This document shows positions 47,353-59,400 of a DNA stretch of 64,000 bases, in pieces. Position numbers and translations under genes: made by a program. Within the stretch, counting starts at the first letter, position 1. Each line of letters begins with the position of its first letter. The stretch covers positions 20,708,001 through 20,772,000 of the forward strand of contig CM106585.1 in the NCBI GenBank assembly GCA_048013815.1. Reading direction: 5' to 3'. The notes beneath the pieces are model-generated. The model was not told the origin of the DNA. It was given only the letters and a program-made list of their open reading frames with translations, and did not search any database. Source of the stretch: Setoptus koraiensis (Eukaryota; Animalia; Arthropoda).

Positions 47353-48039
47353 TTAGTCCAAAAGAGTTTGATCTACAAGCAGCTTATCTTTGTAATTTTC
47401 GAAATATTCTGTAATTGAATCGAAGAATCTATCCATTAGATCGTCGCACCAATCCAGTTCTGCCCAAGGTGAGGCTTTTTTTCTATCTTCTATTTTTTCA
47501 GAACTAACTGTCGAAGAGTTGTCCGTACTGGAGGTCATTTGTCTTTCGTTTGAAATTCTCACTAATGTTGGCATCAATTTGTGAGTAGGTTGCAGGCTAG
47601 CTGATCCCCTGGGTGTCCTAGTTCGTTTCGGTGTTGGTATGTAATCTTCCGTCGCTTTAGTCCTTTCTTCGCGTTCCTGTTTTTCTTTCAATCTAATTCT
47701 CTCTATAGTCTTGTCTCTCAGTTTACCCAGTTGTGTTAATAAGCGGATCCGTTGATTTTTATTATTACATATTGGCCTATTGGAGCATATAGGAGTTCCA
47801 TGGCCCATACCTGGAAGGAGATTTTGGTCTATTTGATCTTGATGTAGCCACACAAAAGTGCTTTGTTCCTGTCTTCTCTTCACGGCTTTAATACTCGATG
47901 ATGGGCTATAGAAAAAACCCATGGATGGTGCACTCAGAGATTGAGGCTCAACAATATAATCCAAAACTTTATTGCGGCGTCTGGATATCTTATTTACTCT
48001 AGCACTATCGTCGCTGAGTTCGTGTCCGCTGTCAGACAT
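47353..48039 (-). CDS. Uncharacterised 228-aa protein, basic/charged and probably nuclear
   Basis: Uninterrupted ATG-to-stop ORF in AT-rich DNA with no microsatellite origin; no family recognised. Confidence 0.65.
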   Translation of the reverse strand: MSDSGHELSDDSARVNKISRRRNKVLDYIVEPQSLSAPSMGFFYSPSSSIKAVKRRQEQSTFVWLHQDQIDQNLLPGMGHGTPICSNRPICNNKNQRIRLLTQLGKLRDKTIERIRLKEKQEREERTKATEDYIPTPKRTRTPRGSASLQPTHKLMPTLVRISNERQMTSSTDNSSTVSSEKIEDRKKASPWAELDWCDDLMDRFFDSITEYFENYKDKLLVDQTLLD

Positions 48040-48974
48040 GTCAATTGATGATGAAGACCACTAATTTGTAAGAAAACTTATAGTAACTTTCTTTGGTAAA
48101 CACTCGTTTGTGTATTACTGTTAAAAAAAGACAATTTGTTATGTAACGAGTTTTCCAATATACTAGAGCTCTCGAGGCCGATTCCGGTATACTTGAGCTT
48201 TTGGTGCGGGATAGTTAAGCATCCAGTGTGCTTGTGCTCACAATGTTGTGTATTGTAATGTTGCTTCAAATATATATTTTCACAAATAACATGTTCGTTT
48301 AACATGATACTTTTGTTACTTCTTCTTTAACCAAATATCTCTATATTTTATACTGTGCCATTGTGTATAGGGTGCGAACATATAATACAATACAAAGATA
48401 CTATAGGCATTGGCGAGCTCGTATAGCAAGGTTGTGCGCGAACACACAACACGTATACATGGCTAACGTGTTTGAATAAATGCACTTATAATTCAACAGG
48501 TTAACTCTTTGAAGGTTGATTGTTTTGGGATTAGTTGATTTTCGCCGCATTCCTAACGGATTCTATATGTAGTTCAAGGACCAACAGAAACACATGTTCA
48601 TGTACGCATGTCCACGTTTAAAGCACCAACAGATGAAATGTTTAATTGTTGACTCAACAAACTCCTAATGCACAAAATAGCACACACTAATACCAAACTG
48701 TAGATATCCATCAGTTGCCTTACTCAAAAGTATCTTCAAACTTCAAATAAATAATAACAATCCTCTTTATGGCCATGCTACTGTTAGAAACGTGTTAAAA
48801 GACACAACAAAGTTCTGTCCTACTTGGTAACTTCTCATTCGTTTCACAGTCAACATTGGATTATATGATGACACGGGTCAAATGATGGACAGAGAAAATT
48901 TCCAGTACCTCCTCTGATTATTTCAATAATAGCTACTTTGAATCTGCCCGAACGGTCGATAAAAATATTCACAT

Positions 48975-50793
48975 TCACAGAATAACACAACATCGGCAGT
49001 ACCTCTGTTCAGTTTCGGCAGGGCCAAGTGTGGGGTTTGGTGTTGAAGATTGGAAGTATGCATGAATGACTATATTTGGCAGGAAAGTCTATAAGTTTAG
49101 GTTGTAGGTAGTATACGAAAAGAATAGATTTGATTCAGTTAGTTTGATATTCAATATTGAAACAATGTGCACATTTGTTTCTATTGCGCACTTACGTATA
49201 ATCTTTTGATGGCCTCTTTGGTAATCAATAAGTTATCGAACAATTCAAGTCGTTCTAACTTGCGGCAAAAAATTAAGTGATCTATGGTAGAATCAGTTAG
49301 TTGTGGGCAATTATCTAATTCCAGGTACTGTATGTTATCAGCACAACCTTGACTTGAAGTCAAATGCTTGATCCCATCATCAGTGATATGTTCACAATGT
49401 GATAGCACCTAATGAACACATTAAGGAGATAATAACAAAAATGAATCAATATATTCCTTAGTTAGATTTGCTATTGCTTGAGAATGCATTCAAATATGGA
49501 ACGAAAACTTACTAGCCTCTTCAAGTTTGGGCATCCATTAGCTAGATTAAAAAGGGTTTGGTCTGTAATTAGAGAACAACTTTGAAGATCAAGGTTTTCC
49601 AAATGTTTACAACTCTTGGCTAATGTCTGAAATCCCGAGTCTGTTAAATGGTTACAAGATACTAATCCTAGCGATTTCAAGTTGGGACAGCCTTGACTCA
49701 AAGCTATCAAAGCTTGGTCAGTGATATTGATACATTCTGAAAGACAACAATAGATAATGTCGTGACAGTTCTCACTTAGTCTAATAATGGCCTCGTCGGT
49801 AATGGCCGAGCATCTGTTGAGATTTATCATTTTAAGCTTCCGGCAATGGGTTGCGAGAGCCTTGATTGATTGATCATTGATGGTGTTAGCATCAAAGCTA
49901 GTGCCGATAAATGACAATAACTCGCTACAGTTCTTAGCTAGTTTCTCTACACCTGCTGCAGTGACTTTCTTACATCCAGATATGTTTATGTGTCTCAATC
50001 CTTTGCATCCCTTGCCAATTGCAGCCAATGCCTCATCAGAAATATCACAAGAGGCGATGTTTAGGTGTGACAGGCGATGACAATTAAGCGCAAGACTTAT
50101 GCATGTACTATCAGTGATCTGTCGACAATCGTCTATGTTGATCTCTTCGAGATTTCGACAATTTTGCGCAAACACTTGCATGGAAGAGTCCGAAACTGAT
50201 CGACAATTTCTGAGTGTTAATACTTTGAGAAAATTTCCGCATTTTCGAGATAAATTCTCAACAACACGCCCGTCGATTCCTCGGAAGTTAAAGAGGCTCA
50301 CCTCTTGCCAGTTGGCTCCGTCCAGGGCGAGCTCATTCCAGTACTAAGATAATTCAAATAAAAGAGCACAAAAAAAAGTTAGTTTATAGAGATATTCTTA
50401 ATCATATCATATGACTATCTATTAGTTGGCGATAATATATTTAAGAGACGTATTATTGACTAGACTATCTACCTTGGAGACTTGTGCGCATCGGCAAAGA
50501 GATATAGTGTCCAGATTAGAGAATATTTTGAGTATCAACTCTTTGGGTAGCATTTGATTAATGAGAGCAGTTTTTGCGGGTGTTGTTTGGCCACTATTGT
50601 CATTTTCCATTGTTTTGGCGTCACCATGATTGTTGGATTCAGCGTGATTGGCATCGTGTTCTTGTTTAGGTTCGGTTGTCATTGTTGTTTGCCTTTGTTG
50701 AAGTATCTGCGCAAAGAATGTCTCAATGTTTTTGTCCAACCTAACAATACGTCGCTTCTGTCTGCCAAGAAATCCTGTCTGTTTGCTAGTCAT
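48975..50793 (-). CDS. FBXL20: F-box/LRR protein FBXL2/FBXL20; exons ~50793-50473, 50343-49513, 49408-49196, 49088-48975
   Basis: F-box LPKELILKIFSNLD..LCRCAQVSK|YWNELALDGANW; Cys-containing LRRs; C-terminal CRCCVIL CAAX box. Three in-frame GT..AG introns. The start is uncertain. Confidence 0.93.
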
Positions 50794-52693
50794 GAATATA
50801 TTGTGAATCAATTATTATGAATACTAATAATTTATAATAATCTAATTGGTGATAGTAATAATTAGAATTGTCCTGACTTCCATGCTAGACGAATGACTAA
50901 CGTTAGAATGGCATCATCATAATTGTTATTAGGACTAGTAGTGATAATAAATGAGCAAAATTAGATCGGGCTCACCAATGAATATTGAATGTTCGTTTGT
51001 TTCTGTTGTTGTTGCATTGTACTCTTCGTTCGATTTGTTTCTCAATCCCTCTAATAAGTCACTCAAATATAAATCCAGAGATGTTGTCTTGTTGTCAATT
51101 CATTAAGTGTGTATAAAAATATCATATATAGTTGGCCTGATGAATATTCTATTTGATGAATAATTTATTTATGATGATAATTTGAAGCGAATAAAAATAG
51201 CTAGAAAATTCAACTCGTTCTAACCAGCAATGATTAAATTTATCTATACAAAGTACAACCAAACAAACAAAACAACAACAAAAATAACCAGCCAGCAATC
51301 GAGCAACAACGACAACAACAACAACAAAAACGAATAGTGTGTTAGCGTTCTTCGCCTGTATGGCAAAGCGGGCAAGCAAACTATCAGACAGGCGCAATTT
51401 CTGACCAAAAAAATAAAAGAAGGAGCATCATAATTCTTGTTCAAGCGCTCACTATTTATGGATATACTTTCATTGGGATATATCAATTACCTTACTGCCA
51501 CAATGGATTAAATTTTTACATGATTATTGATAAAAATTAATACAATTATTATTTTGCTGCAGCCACACCTACAGAATCAGACGGCTTTGCAGCAAGGACC
51601 GAGATGTAGACCGAGCTGAATCTGCCCTAAATGGGTGACGGACATAATACGATTCATTTGAAAAATCTCGGTGATGCTAGCAAGAAAGCAATTACGGCAA
51701 AGGCTAACCATATGATAATATTAATGACTGTGGTGATTATCTAATAATAATGATGATAACATTGCTTGGCAATTGTGAGCACTTGCAGCGAGAAATCCGG
51801 CGTGGACATGGAAGAGTTTCTGCACATGTTTCTAGCGTACAACAACGCCAGTCTCTAGTTTGGGCTTGGAATTAACAACATTTATACCTAGTTTGCCAGA
51901 AATTTAAAAAGAAGTCAATCTAAAACATGGTTAGAGCGACAAAAATGAGAAAAGAATTGTACCAATGGTGTATCAACTAATACTGCAACTCGTACAACTC
52001 AGCAGGCGTGTATGGCCGTAACCGCCGATCGGTGACACCCCAATCCGGCGGCGCCGATCCTCATGTGGGAGCTGGTTCACTCCCTTGCATGGATTTGTAG
52101 TATTTTGTATATATTGTGCATTGTCAATATGCAGAAATAGATGGAATGAGATTGATGTTCACCACCAGTTGGTGACTGTATACAACTTGGCGTTTATCTG
52201 CATCGATCATCTTATATTTGGGTTCTTTTGGGTTCTTTTGGGTGCCGCCAATGCGCGCATGCGCTCGATTGGTTCAGTGATAAGAGTTTGGTGACTGGTC
52301 ATCAACAATAAAAGATTTGTTTCTCGTGTAATGACCATAACGGGATAAATGAATGAATGCGCGATTGAATGGTCACCTTTTGTCATTTGTTTGTTTGTTG
52401 ATCGTTGTTTTTTGTCATTTGTCATTCGTCAGTTTGCTTTTCACTATCGGCAACGCTCACATTCAAGTTAGTGATGTATGAAAATCATCGATGCATATCT
52501 GTTTTATCTGCTCTAACAATCTACGCCATATCACCCATTCTTTTGGAATAACAGCGCAGTATCATAGATCGGATCAAGTGATCCGCTCAATCACTTATAT
52601 TAGCAACAAAGATATCAAATATCGAATTTCAGTTAAACAAAGCGCGCCAATCAAGGTAGCGGCAATAGTACGAATTGTATAAGTATCCAGAAA

Positions 52694-53830
52694 ATGTCCA
52701 CTCAATTATCGAGAAACATTGCACAATCCGATGGTGCTGTTAGCCAACAACAGCAACAGTTATCCAGTCGTTTAATACAGAGAGTGAAGTCCAACAGTTT
52801 GGTGTTGCATAGCAACCAGCAGCAATATTACCTAGAGCAGAAGCGAGAAGAAATCGACAAGAGACTATTGAGAGGGAGCGATGCAAAAGAAGAAACTTGT
52901 CACAATAGATATGCCATTGGAACGAGTCCGTTCAACACGGAACAATTGAATTGTTTGTGCCACGTAATACTCGCCACTCATCTAGACAATACCAATATAT
53001 ACAAGACAGCGAACACTAGAAAACAAAATAACAGCAGTGACAAAAACAAAGTCAAACAAACATTGAACAAATCGACGACAAAATTTGACGCCTCAACAAC
53101 AACCGATCGCCGAAATGATAATAATCATCACGACCATTCAACTACTGATGACACAGATTCTGATACAGATTATGAGCTTGAGCGAGAGACGAGAAAAACA
53201 AACTATTTGACATGCGTTAGAAAATTGTGCCGGCTATTGTCGACGGAATTGTCGTACGAAGAGAAAGATGACAGTAATAAAAATGACAACACATTTTCAG
53301 AGAATCGCTTTCATATGCTGATGCGCGCCAAAGCTCACGTTTATTTTTATCGAGCCTCCTACAACCAATTATATCAATTGTTAAACAATAGCAACTTGGT
53401 GTTCCCTAGCAGATATCACCAGGAGCTACAATATCTCTGGTATGAGGCCCACTACAGGGATGGTGAGAATGCCAGGGGGCGCAAATTAGGCGCTGTGGAC
53501 AAGTACAGAGTGAGAAAGCGACACAAGCTACCAAAGAGTATTTGGGACGGAGAGGAGACAGTGTATTGTTTCAGAGAGAAATCACGATCAACTTTGAAAA
53601 TGTGCTATCAGCAAAACAAATACCCTTCGCAAGAGGATAAATTGAGATTGTCCAAAATAACGGGACTTACAATGACGCAGATAGGCAACTGGTTCAAGAA
53701 TAGGCGCCAGCGTGATCAGCAACAACATCACCACAACCCGCCAGCCCTCAATTCTCCAATCGAGTTTCATCAGCGTACATTTCATTTTCATACACTTCCT
53801 CGGCGCACGGTTCTAAGAGCGGATATTTAG
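52694..53830 (+). CDS. SIX4: SIX4/5-class homeobox transcription factor; C-terminal exon structure uncertain
   Basis: SIX domain (LWYEAHY..RGRKLGAVDKYRVRK) and homeodomain IWDGEETVYCF...NWFKNRRQRD. ETVY is the Six4/5-type tetrapeptide. Confidence 0.92.
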   Translation: MSTQLSRNIAQSDGAVSQQQQQLSSRLIQRVKSNSLVLHSNQQQYYLEQKREEIDKRLLRGSDAKEETCHNRYAIGTSPFNTEQLNCLCHVILATHLDNTNIYKTANTRKQNNSSDKNKVKQTLNKSTTKFDASTTTDRRNDNNHHDHSTTDDTDSDTDYELERETRKTNYLTCVRKLCRLLSTELSYEEKDDSNKNDNTFSENRFHMLMRAKAHVYFYRASYNQLYQLLNNSNLVFPSRYHQELQYLWYEAHYRDGENARGRKLGAVDKYRVRKRHKLPKSIWDGEETVYCFREKSRSTLKMCYQQNKYPSQEDKLRLSKITGLTMTQIGNWFKNRRQRDQQQHHHNPPALNSPIEFHQRTFHFHTLPRRTVLRADI

Positions 53831-55269
53831 TGAAGTTTAGATCGAGTATTTCATAGTCGTACGTATCTCACACACGTGTAATCTAATGTTGGAGATACCT
53901 CCCTGTAAATTAGTATAATCCTATAAATTGAATGCAAATAGTGAAAATGCATCCATCTCGGTCGTTCACTGTCTCCTATTCGATACCGATGACTTGGTTG
54001 GGCGCGAAAAGGAGCGAAGCTTCGTTCTTTGTTTGCTGCAAGTGGTTCATCGGGGCTCCTACATGTATGAAATATTTGTACGTTCCATCATGAACACGTT
54101 GAATGAAATGTTTCTATCATGTAATGCTCCAAAAAATCTTTTTTTTTTGTCACTCACACTGCTCATCATTCCGTCCATCTTGCTCGCCATGCTTCGAGTG
54201 GATACAACTATCATGGTGCCCCAGTTGCTGACCACTACCACTTCTGCTCAAGTGAGGCCGGTGTGATTAGTTGACAAAGTCGAGTGTCTGCTGCGAGGTA
54301 CGCGATAGCTGCGTCAATTGTCAATTGTAAACGTGTCAGCCGAAAACGAACTGATTTTCTGCTTGTGCAAAGAATTGGTCAAATTGAGTTCTCTGAGTGT
54401 TCATTTCATCGACACTGAAAACGCAACCCAAGTTAGAATGAATTAAACTCTAATTTCGACAAAAGGGATGTGGCAACTGCGAATGGACAACACTAACCTG
54501 GTTGTCGGCGTTGTTCTTTTTCCAAACTTTGCTCGGTCATTCTTTTTGTGAACTCTGCTCGGTTGTTCTTTTTCCAAGTTGCAAGCCGCTCTTTGTGTCG
54601 CGCACCAATCACGGCACCATCGTGTCGCTCTATTATTATCATTATTATTATTATTATTATTATCGTCATCATTGTTCATTGTTTGTATCTTCTTCTGAAA
54701 CCTAATGGAGTGTTGAATTTCAATTGTGCCCAAATAGAGACATGATCATCTCTCAACTACATGACATGTATTCTTTTGAGGGCATCCTTTGTGAGCGCCT
54801 CTTGTTGCTTGTTTGCGCAAAAAATGATCACGTACGAGAGCACGTTTCATTGTGAAACGTTTCGTCCAATAGGAAAGGATAGGATAAACGGAGGGCGCTA
54901 AAAAGTGAAGTAAATGTCGTTTCGTGCTGAATGTCCCCGCGTCTCCTCTTAAACTGTGTGCCCAAATCATTTGCCACACATCTGTCTTGTAATCTGGTCG
55001 CTACTCTAGTTGACGGGTCTATCAGCGCCACCGCTCACATAGCTGACAGCTTTGGCATTGAAAGAGAGCTAGAAAGAAAAAACTATTTCAGTTGACACCC
55101 GTTCCCCAAAGAGCCCCAATTAGAAGCGCGAGAATTAGACGAAAAAAAAAGAGAAAGAAAAGAAAGAACGGCTCTCCCAGTGTGAACAGTAATGAGTAGT
55201 CGGCATACGTTTACCATTTCATTCACACTGGCGCGCAAACTTTGATTCGAATCGACTGCTCAACTAATT

Positions 55270-56435
55270 CGACATTCGGTTATCCACTCCACTTGAGTTA
55301 CATCAGCCAATATCTCTTTGACATTGCCTATGTCAAATAGATACACTGGTCAATATTGTTGATGCAAGTACGTGCTTTTATCGCTGTGCATATATAGAGC
55401 TCATTCTATTTGGAACACTCGAATCGTCTATGCAAATTGCATATCTGATATCATTCTCGACTTTTTCGTTTGCCATGTTAGTTAATATTCAAATTAGACC
55501 AGGTAACCCCTTAGAGAGCAGCTCCATTTTAATAGTTGACATTAACTGCACTTGGCAGCACAATTACCGAGAAACGGTTCCAACGGTTTTATTCCACGCC
55601 ATAAGCTCACATTCTAATCTTTATTCCATAATCATCGTTTTGTTTCTATATATTTATGTATCATTATTCGTTTATGGCTCATTTGTTGTCAGCTTTCTTA
55701 TTTTACATGAGTCTAGCACTGTGCTAGTTGTACCATTACATGAAACAGCATTAAAGCTTGTTGGACCTCTTTTCATGGCACTCTTGATCTCAGTACAGGC
55801 TCTACAGATTATTCTTTCGAGGTACAACATCAGAATTTCAACACAGAATGTGGAGACAGGCAGGCAAAAACTTTCCTGTTTCGCTCATGACTCAACGAAG
55901 GAAAATCAAACTGTTTCATGGTGAACGAGACTTGTGTTTAGTTCGGCTTATCAGTCACATGGCATAAATCGAGCGATAGTTCGAGTGACGGTCCCAATCT
56001 GGGTATGATAATGTATTTATCGGATTCACTTTCTACTCTACTGGAAAAGTTTTCATTGCATTGATGGTTTCGGATTTTCACCCAGAGTTTAACTTATTCA
56101 GGTGCTCAAGTTTCAAGCGTCCACCACGGAAAAATGAATTGAAAAATACAAAAAAGTCAATGAAAGTAAATATCGGCATTGAATTCCTGGATTTTGCAAT
56201 GCCTCCAAATTATTGCATATATCACCAAATCTTTTGCGTCTCTTTTTCAACAGAAACCGAAAAAGTTGTACTGCACCACGCTAATTTTATTCAGTCCGAA
56301 TCTCATGCATTTCATACTTTCGGTTACGATTTCCTCAACTTACATTGTCAACATGTTTGCGATTTTCTAAATGGCAAAACATTTTTCCTAGGGGATTTAA
56401 TAATACTGAGAGAGCCATCGACAATGAAAGCATAG
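55270..56435 (+). pseudogene. Degraded or unspliced multi-pass membrane protein, possibly chemoreceptor-like (GR or IR)
   Basis: Overlapping + strand frames with hydrophobic segments, including ...SFASLFQQKPKK...FILSVTISSTYIVNMFAIF*; broken by stops and frameshifts. Confidence 0.3.
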
Positions 56436-59400
56436 TGGTTTGGATTAGAGGATAAGTATGTGGGTATGCTCTCTTACCGAGCACCGGATGCATACAAAAG
56501 ATTCAAATATTCATGTCAGATTAGAGCAGGAGATTTTGTTGCCATGCCAGCGTTTATATCATGAACAGGTGCATCAGACTCAATCTCTTTCTTGGTGAAC
56601 GATTGCAACTGTCCCAAATGCATTCTAAGGATGTGGATCATCAATGGTGTGGCATGTATCCTCGTATGAACGTGCGACAATTTAGTCATTCTTATATACT
56701 ACAATGTCCGATCGGTGCAACATTGCGCCGTTTATTTGAACAAAAATCTAGTCGGTCATTGAAATCTATTGATGATATAAACTGATAAAGTGCAACGGCC
56801 TCATCTAATCATTTTGGAAACTACAGGACCTCCGAAATTCTTCGTCAGCATTCTGCTCAGATCTACCGCATTTTTTACGAGCATTTTTTTTACAGCCAAC
56901 TCAACTAGACACTAATACACTAATATTATAGTCAAGTCAATTGAATCGTGAACGCTCACGAGTCAGAGGACGAGTGACCGATGCTTAATCGAATGGCCTC
57001 AATCCAGATGGAATGTGCTGGCAACTTTGTGTGCCAACGAGAGGCGCAAGAGATGAAAAATCAAAAGATTTTGTTAATTTTTAACATGGTGACATGCTGA
57101 AGAATCAATTTAGAAAGCTCCAGAATACAAGGTCAGTTCTTCGCAATGCAATATGTGATCCACTGTGACAACTGATTGGCTTGATTCTGTTAAATTGCCA
57201 TTGGAAGGGGAGGATGATGTCGCTTTCTCATTTTGGACAATAATGATAAAATTGTCAATTTTAGCTGCAAACTTGAGCAGAATTACAATTATCACTGCGA
57301 TTGAGAGCAGTTATTCGATGTAAGTGCATCACGACGCCGAGCTGACAGTGATTGAGTAGTTTTTTCGGTTTCAAGTTCGGATACGAGAGACAATATTTTA
57401 TTATTTTTTTTTTTCAATCGAAGTGTTGTGCTTGTCGAAAGAGGGCGCCAACTGTGATCTTGGGCTTCGTCACTGTGTATGAAAGTTAATTCGGCGAAAC
57501 TGATGAGATAGTGAGTCAACGAGCTTATTTATGTAGGAACAATTGTTAATTTAAAGCCCATTTGCCATTGCAACAACAAACAAATCACTGCTTCATGTTG
57601 AGAGAGGGAGAGAGAGCGGAAGTAGCGACGTTGTTGTGGATGTAACAAGGAGTGAACAATTCTCGACAAACTCAATTGAATGTAAATGTTATTCTTGTCG
57701 CTTTTCGCAAATTGTCAGCTAAATAATATATATGTTGGCAAATCCATGTGGAACTGAAAACTTGATGATAACTAATTAGAATAAGTAATGTTAAAATACA
57801 CGATTAAAAAGTGCTGCAATCGCTCGTTGTCACGGTTTAATCACCTAAAGTTGACTCTTTCTCTTTCGTTCATTGTGGTGGCAAACCAATTTAAGTGACA
57901 ACATTCAAATCAAGCTAGCACGAGGTTAGAAGAAAATTAGAAATGACACAATAACAATAATCGAGATCAGCAACAACGACAATGATGGTGAAATGACAGA
58001 CAACAATCGTCTATTTGAAAGCACAACACTGGAAATGTCGACCGGCGAAACATCTCAAGTGTGTTGTGTTCGCAACGAGCTAAGCGGGGCGCTGCCAGTA
58101 ACGAGCTTAAAGATTGTTAGTTAGTTAGTTCATTAAAAAAGAAAATATAAAGAAGTTTCTATTTGTGTCATTACCACAGATTTCGAATGCGTTTTCATCA
58201 GACATAAGCGCCGAGTGCGCTATAGATCTAGCTATCTCTTTCAGCTAGGAGTTTATAGTTGTGTTACTAGTGCGTCGTTACGCATAGGAATATCATTGAG
58301 CTGAAACTTGGGGCCCGTATAAAATTAGAATCAATCAAGAAGGTAAGTCGCTTCTTGTCGGCCTTGTATTCTGCCGGTTGGGCCCATTATAACCTGCCGA
58401 TGTCCAACTTAAAATTGGACAGCTTTTATGGGCGTCAGATTGATTTATCGTGCGCGTCGCCGAACGGTCCACCGAAAATCTGCCGCAAAGTCTGCTCTGG
58501 CGCTCTCATTGTTCGCCCACCACCTGAGATTGCCAAGACCAGTTTGGCCAGCGAGATGGCGTTTAAGCGTGGTGGACTCACACAATTCGTTGTGAGTCCA
58601 CGCGACCAGACTGATCAGTTCTTCACGAGCTCTTGTGGGGCGATTTTTCTTTTTGTCGGCTGTGTCACTCTGATTTCGATTGCATGGGCCCGAAATTGCC
58701 AATGACAGCGCGACACGCAGAGGAGATTCTTTCTCGTTAACTGGCTTGTTTGCTTGGCTTGTTCATTGGTTCGTTGGCTGGATCGTGTCACTTTGTAACA
58801 ATTAATCTTTTTGACAAGCATCGGCCAATTTCAAACAGGCACCAGCAACGGCGCGTATAGTGGCAGCGATAAAATAACCACCACACAACATGGATTCGGT
58901 CAAATGATGGCCACCACCAACGGCTCAATTTTGTTTATTATTCATACAGTATTTTGATACTGTATAGCAGTATTGGTAGTAGTGCTCGTGGCGGTCAGCT
59001 TGTAGCGACGTATGGTGGCCGTAGCCCGCAATGTGCCAGCGTCAAAAAGAATAGCCCAATGTGTTAGTGGATCCCGAGGAGAGAGGGAGCCTCGGAAAAT
59101 AATGATTATATTAAATTTATTCTTGTGAACCGGCCAGCCTTGTGTGTGTGTGTGTGTGTTCGTGGGGCCCATTCTGGCGCCAACGAGCAAACAAGCGACC
59201 GAGCGATACAACTGGCACACAAATCGGCGCGCCAGATAGAGAGATGATCCGCAAACGAGCAGCTAGGGTCGTTGGCGACTCGCGGCCAGCATCGCGTCCG
59301 ATCGTTAGCACCGCTGGCCGGCCCATCAGCGCCGGCGTGTGTGTTCGTGTAGATGGAGTTAATTTCATTCATTAATTCCGTGAATTGTCACTCATTCCAT

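Noticed and set aside
49470-49495. miR-137-like stretch CTATTGCTTGAGAAT in an FBXL20 intron
   Set aside because: The 3' half diverges and there is no complementary arm to form a precursor hairpin.
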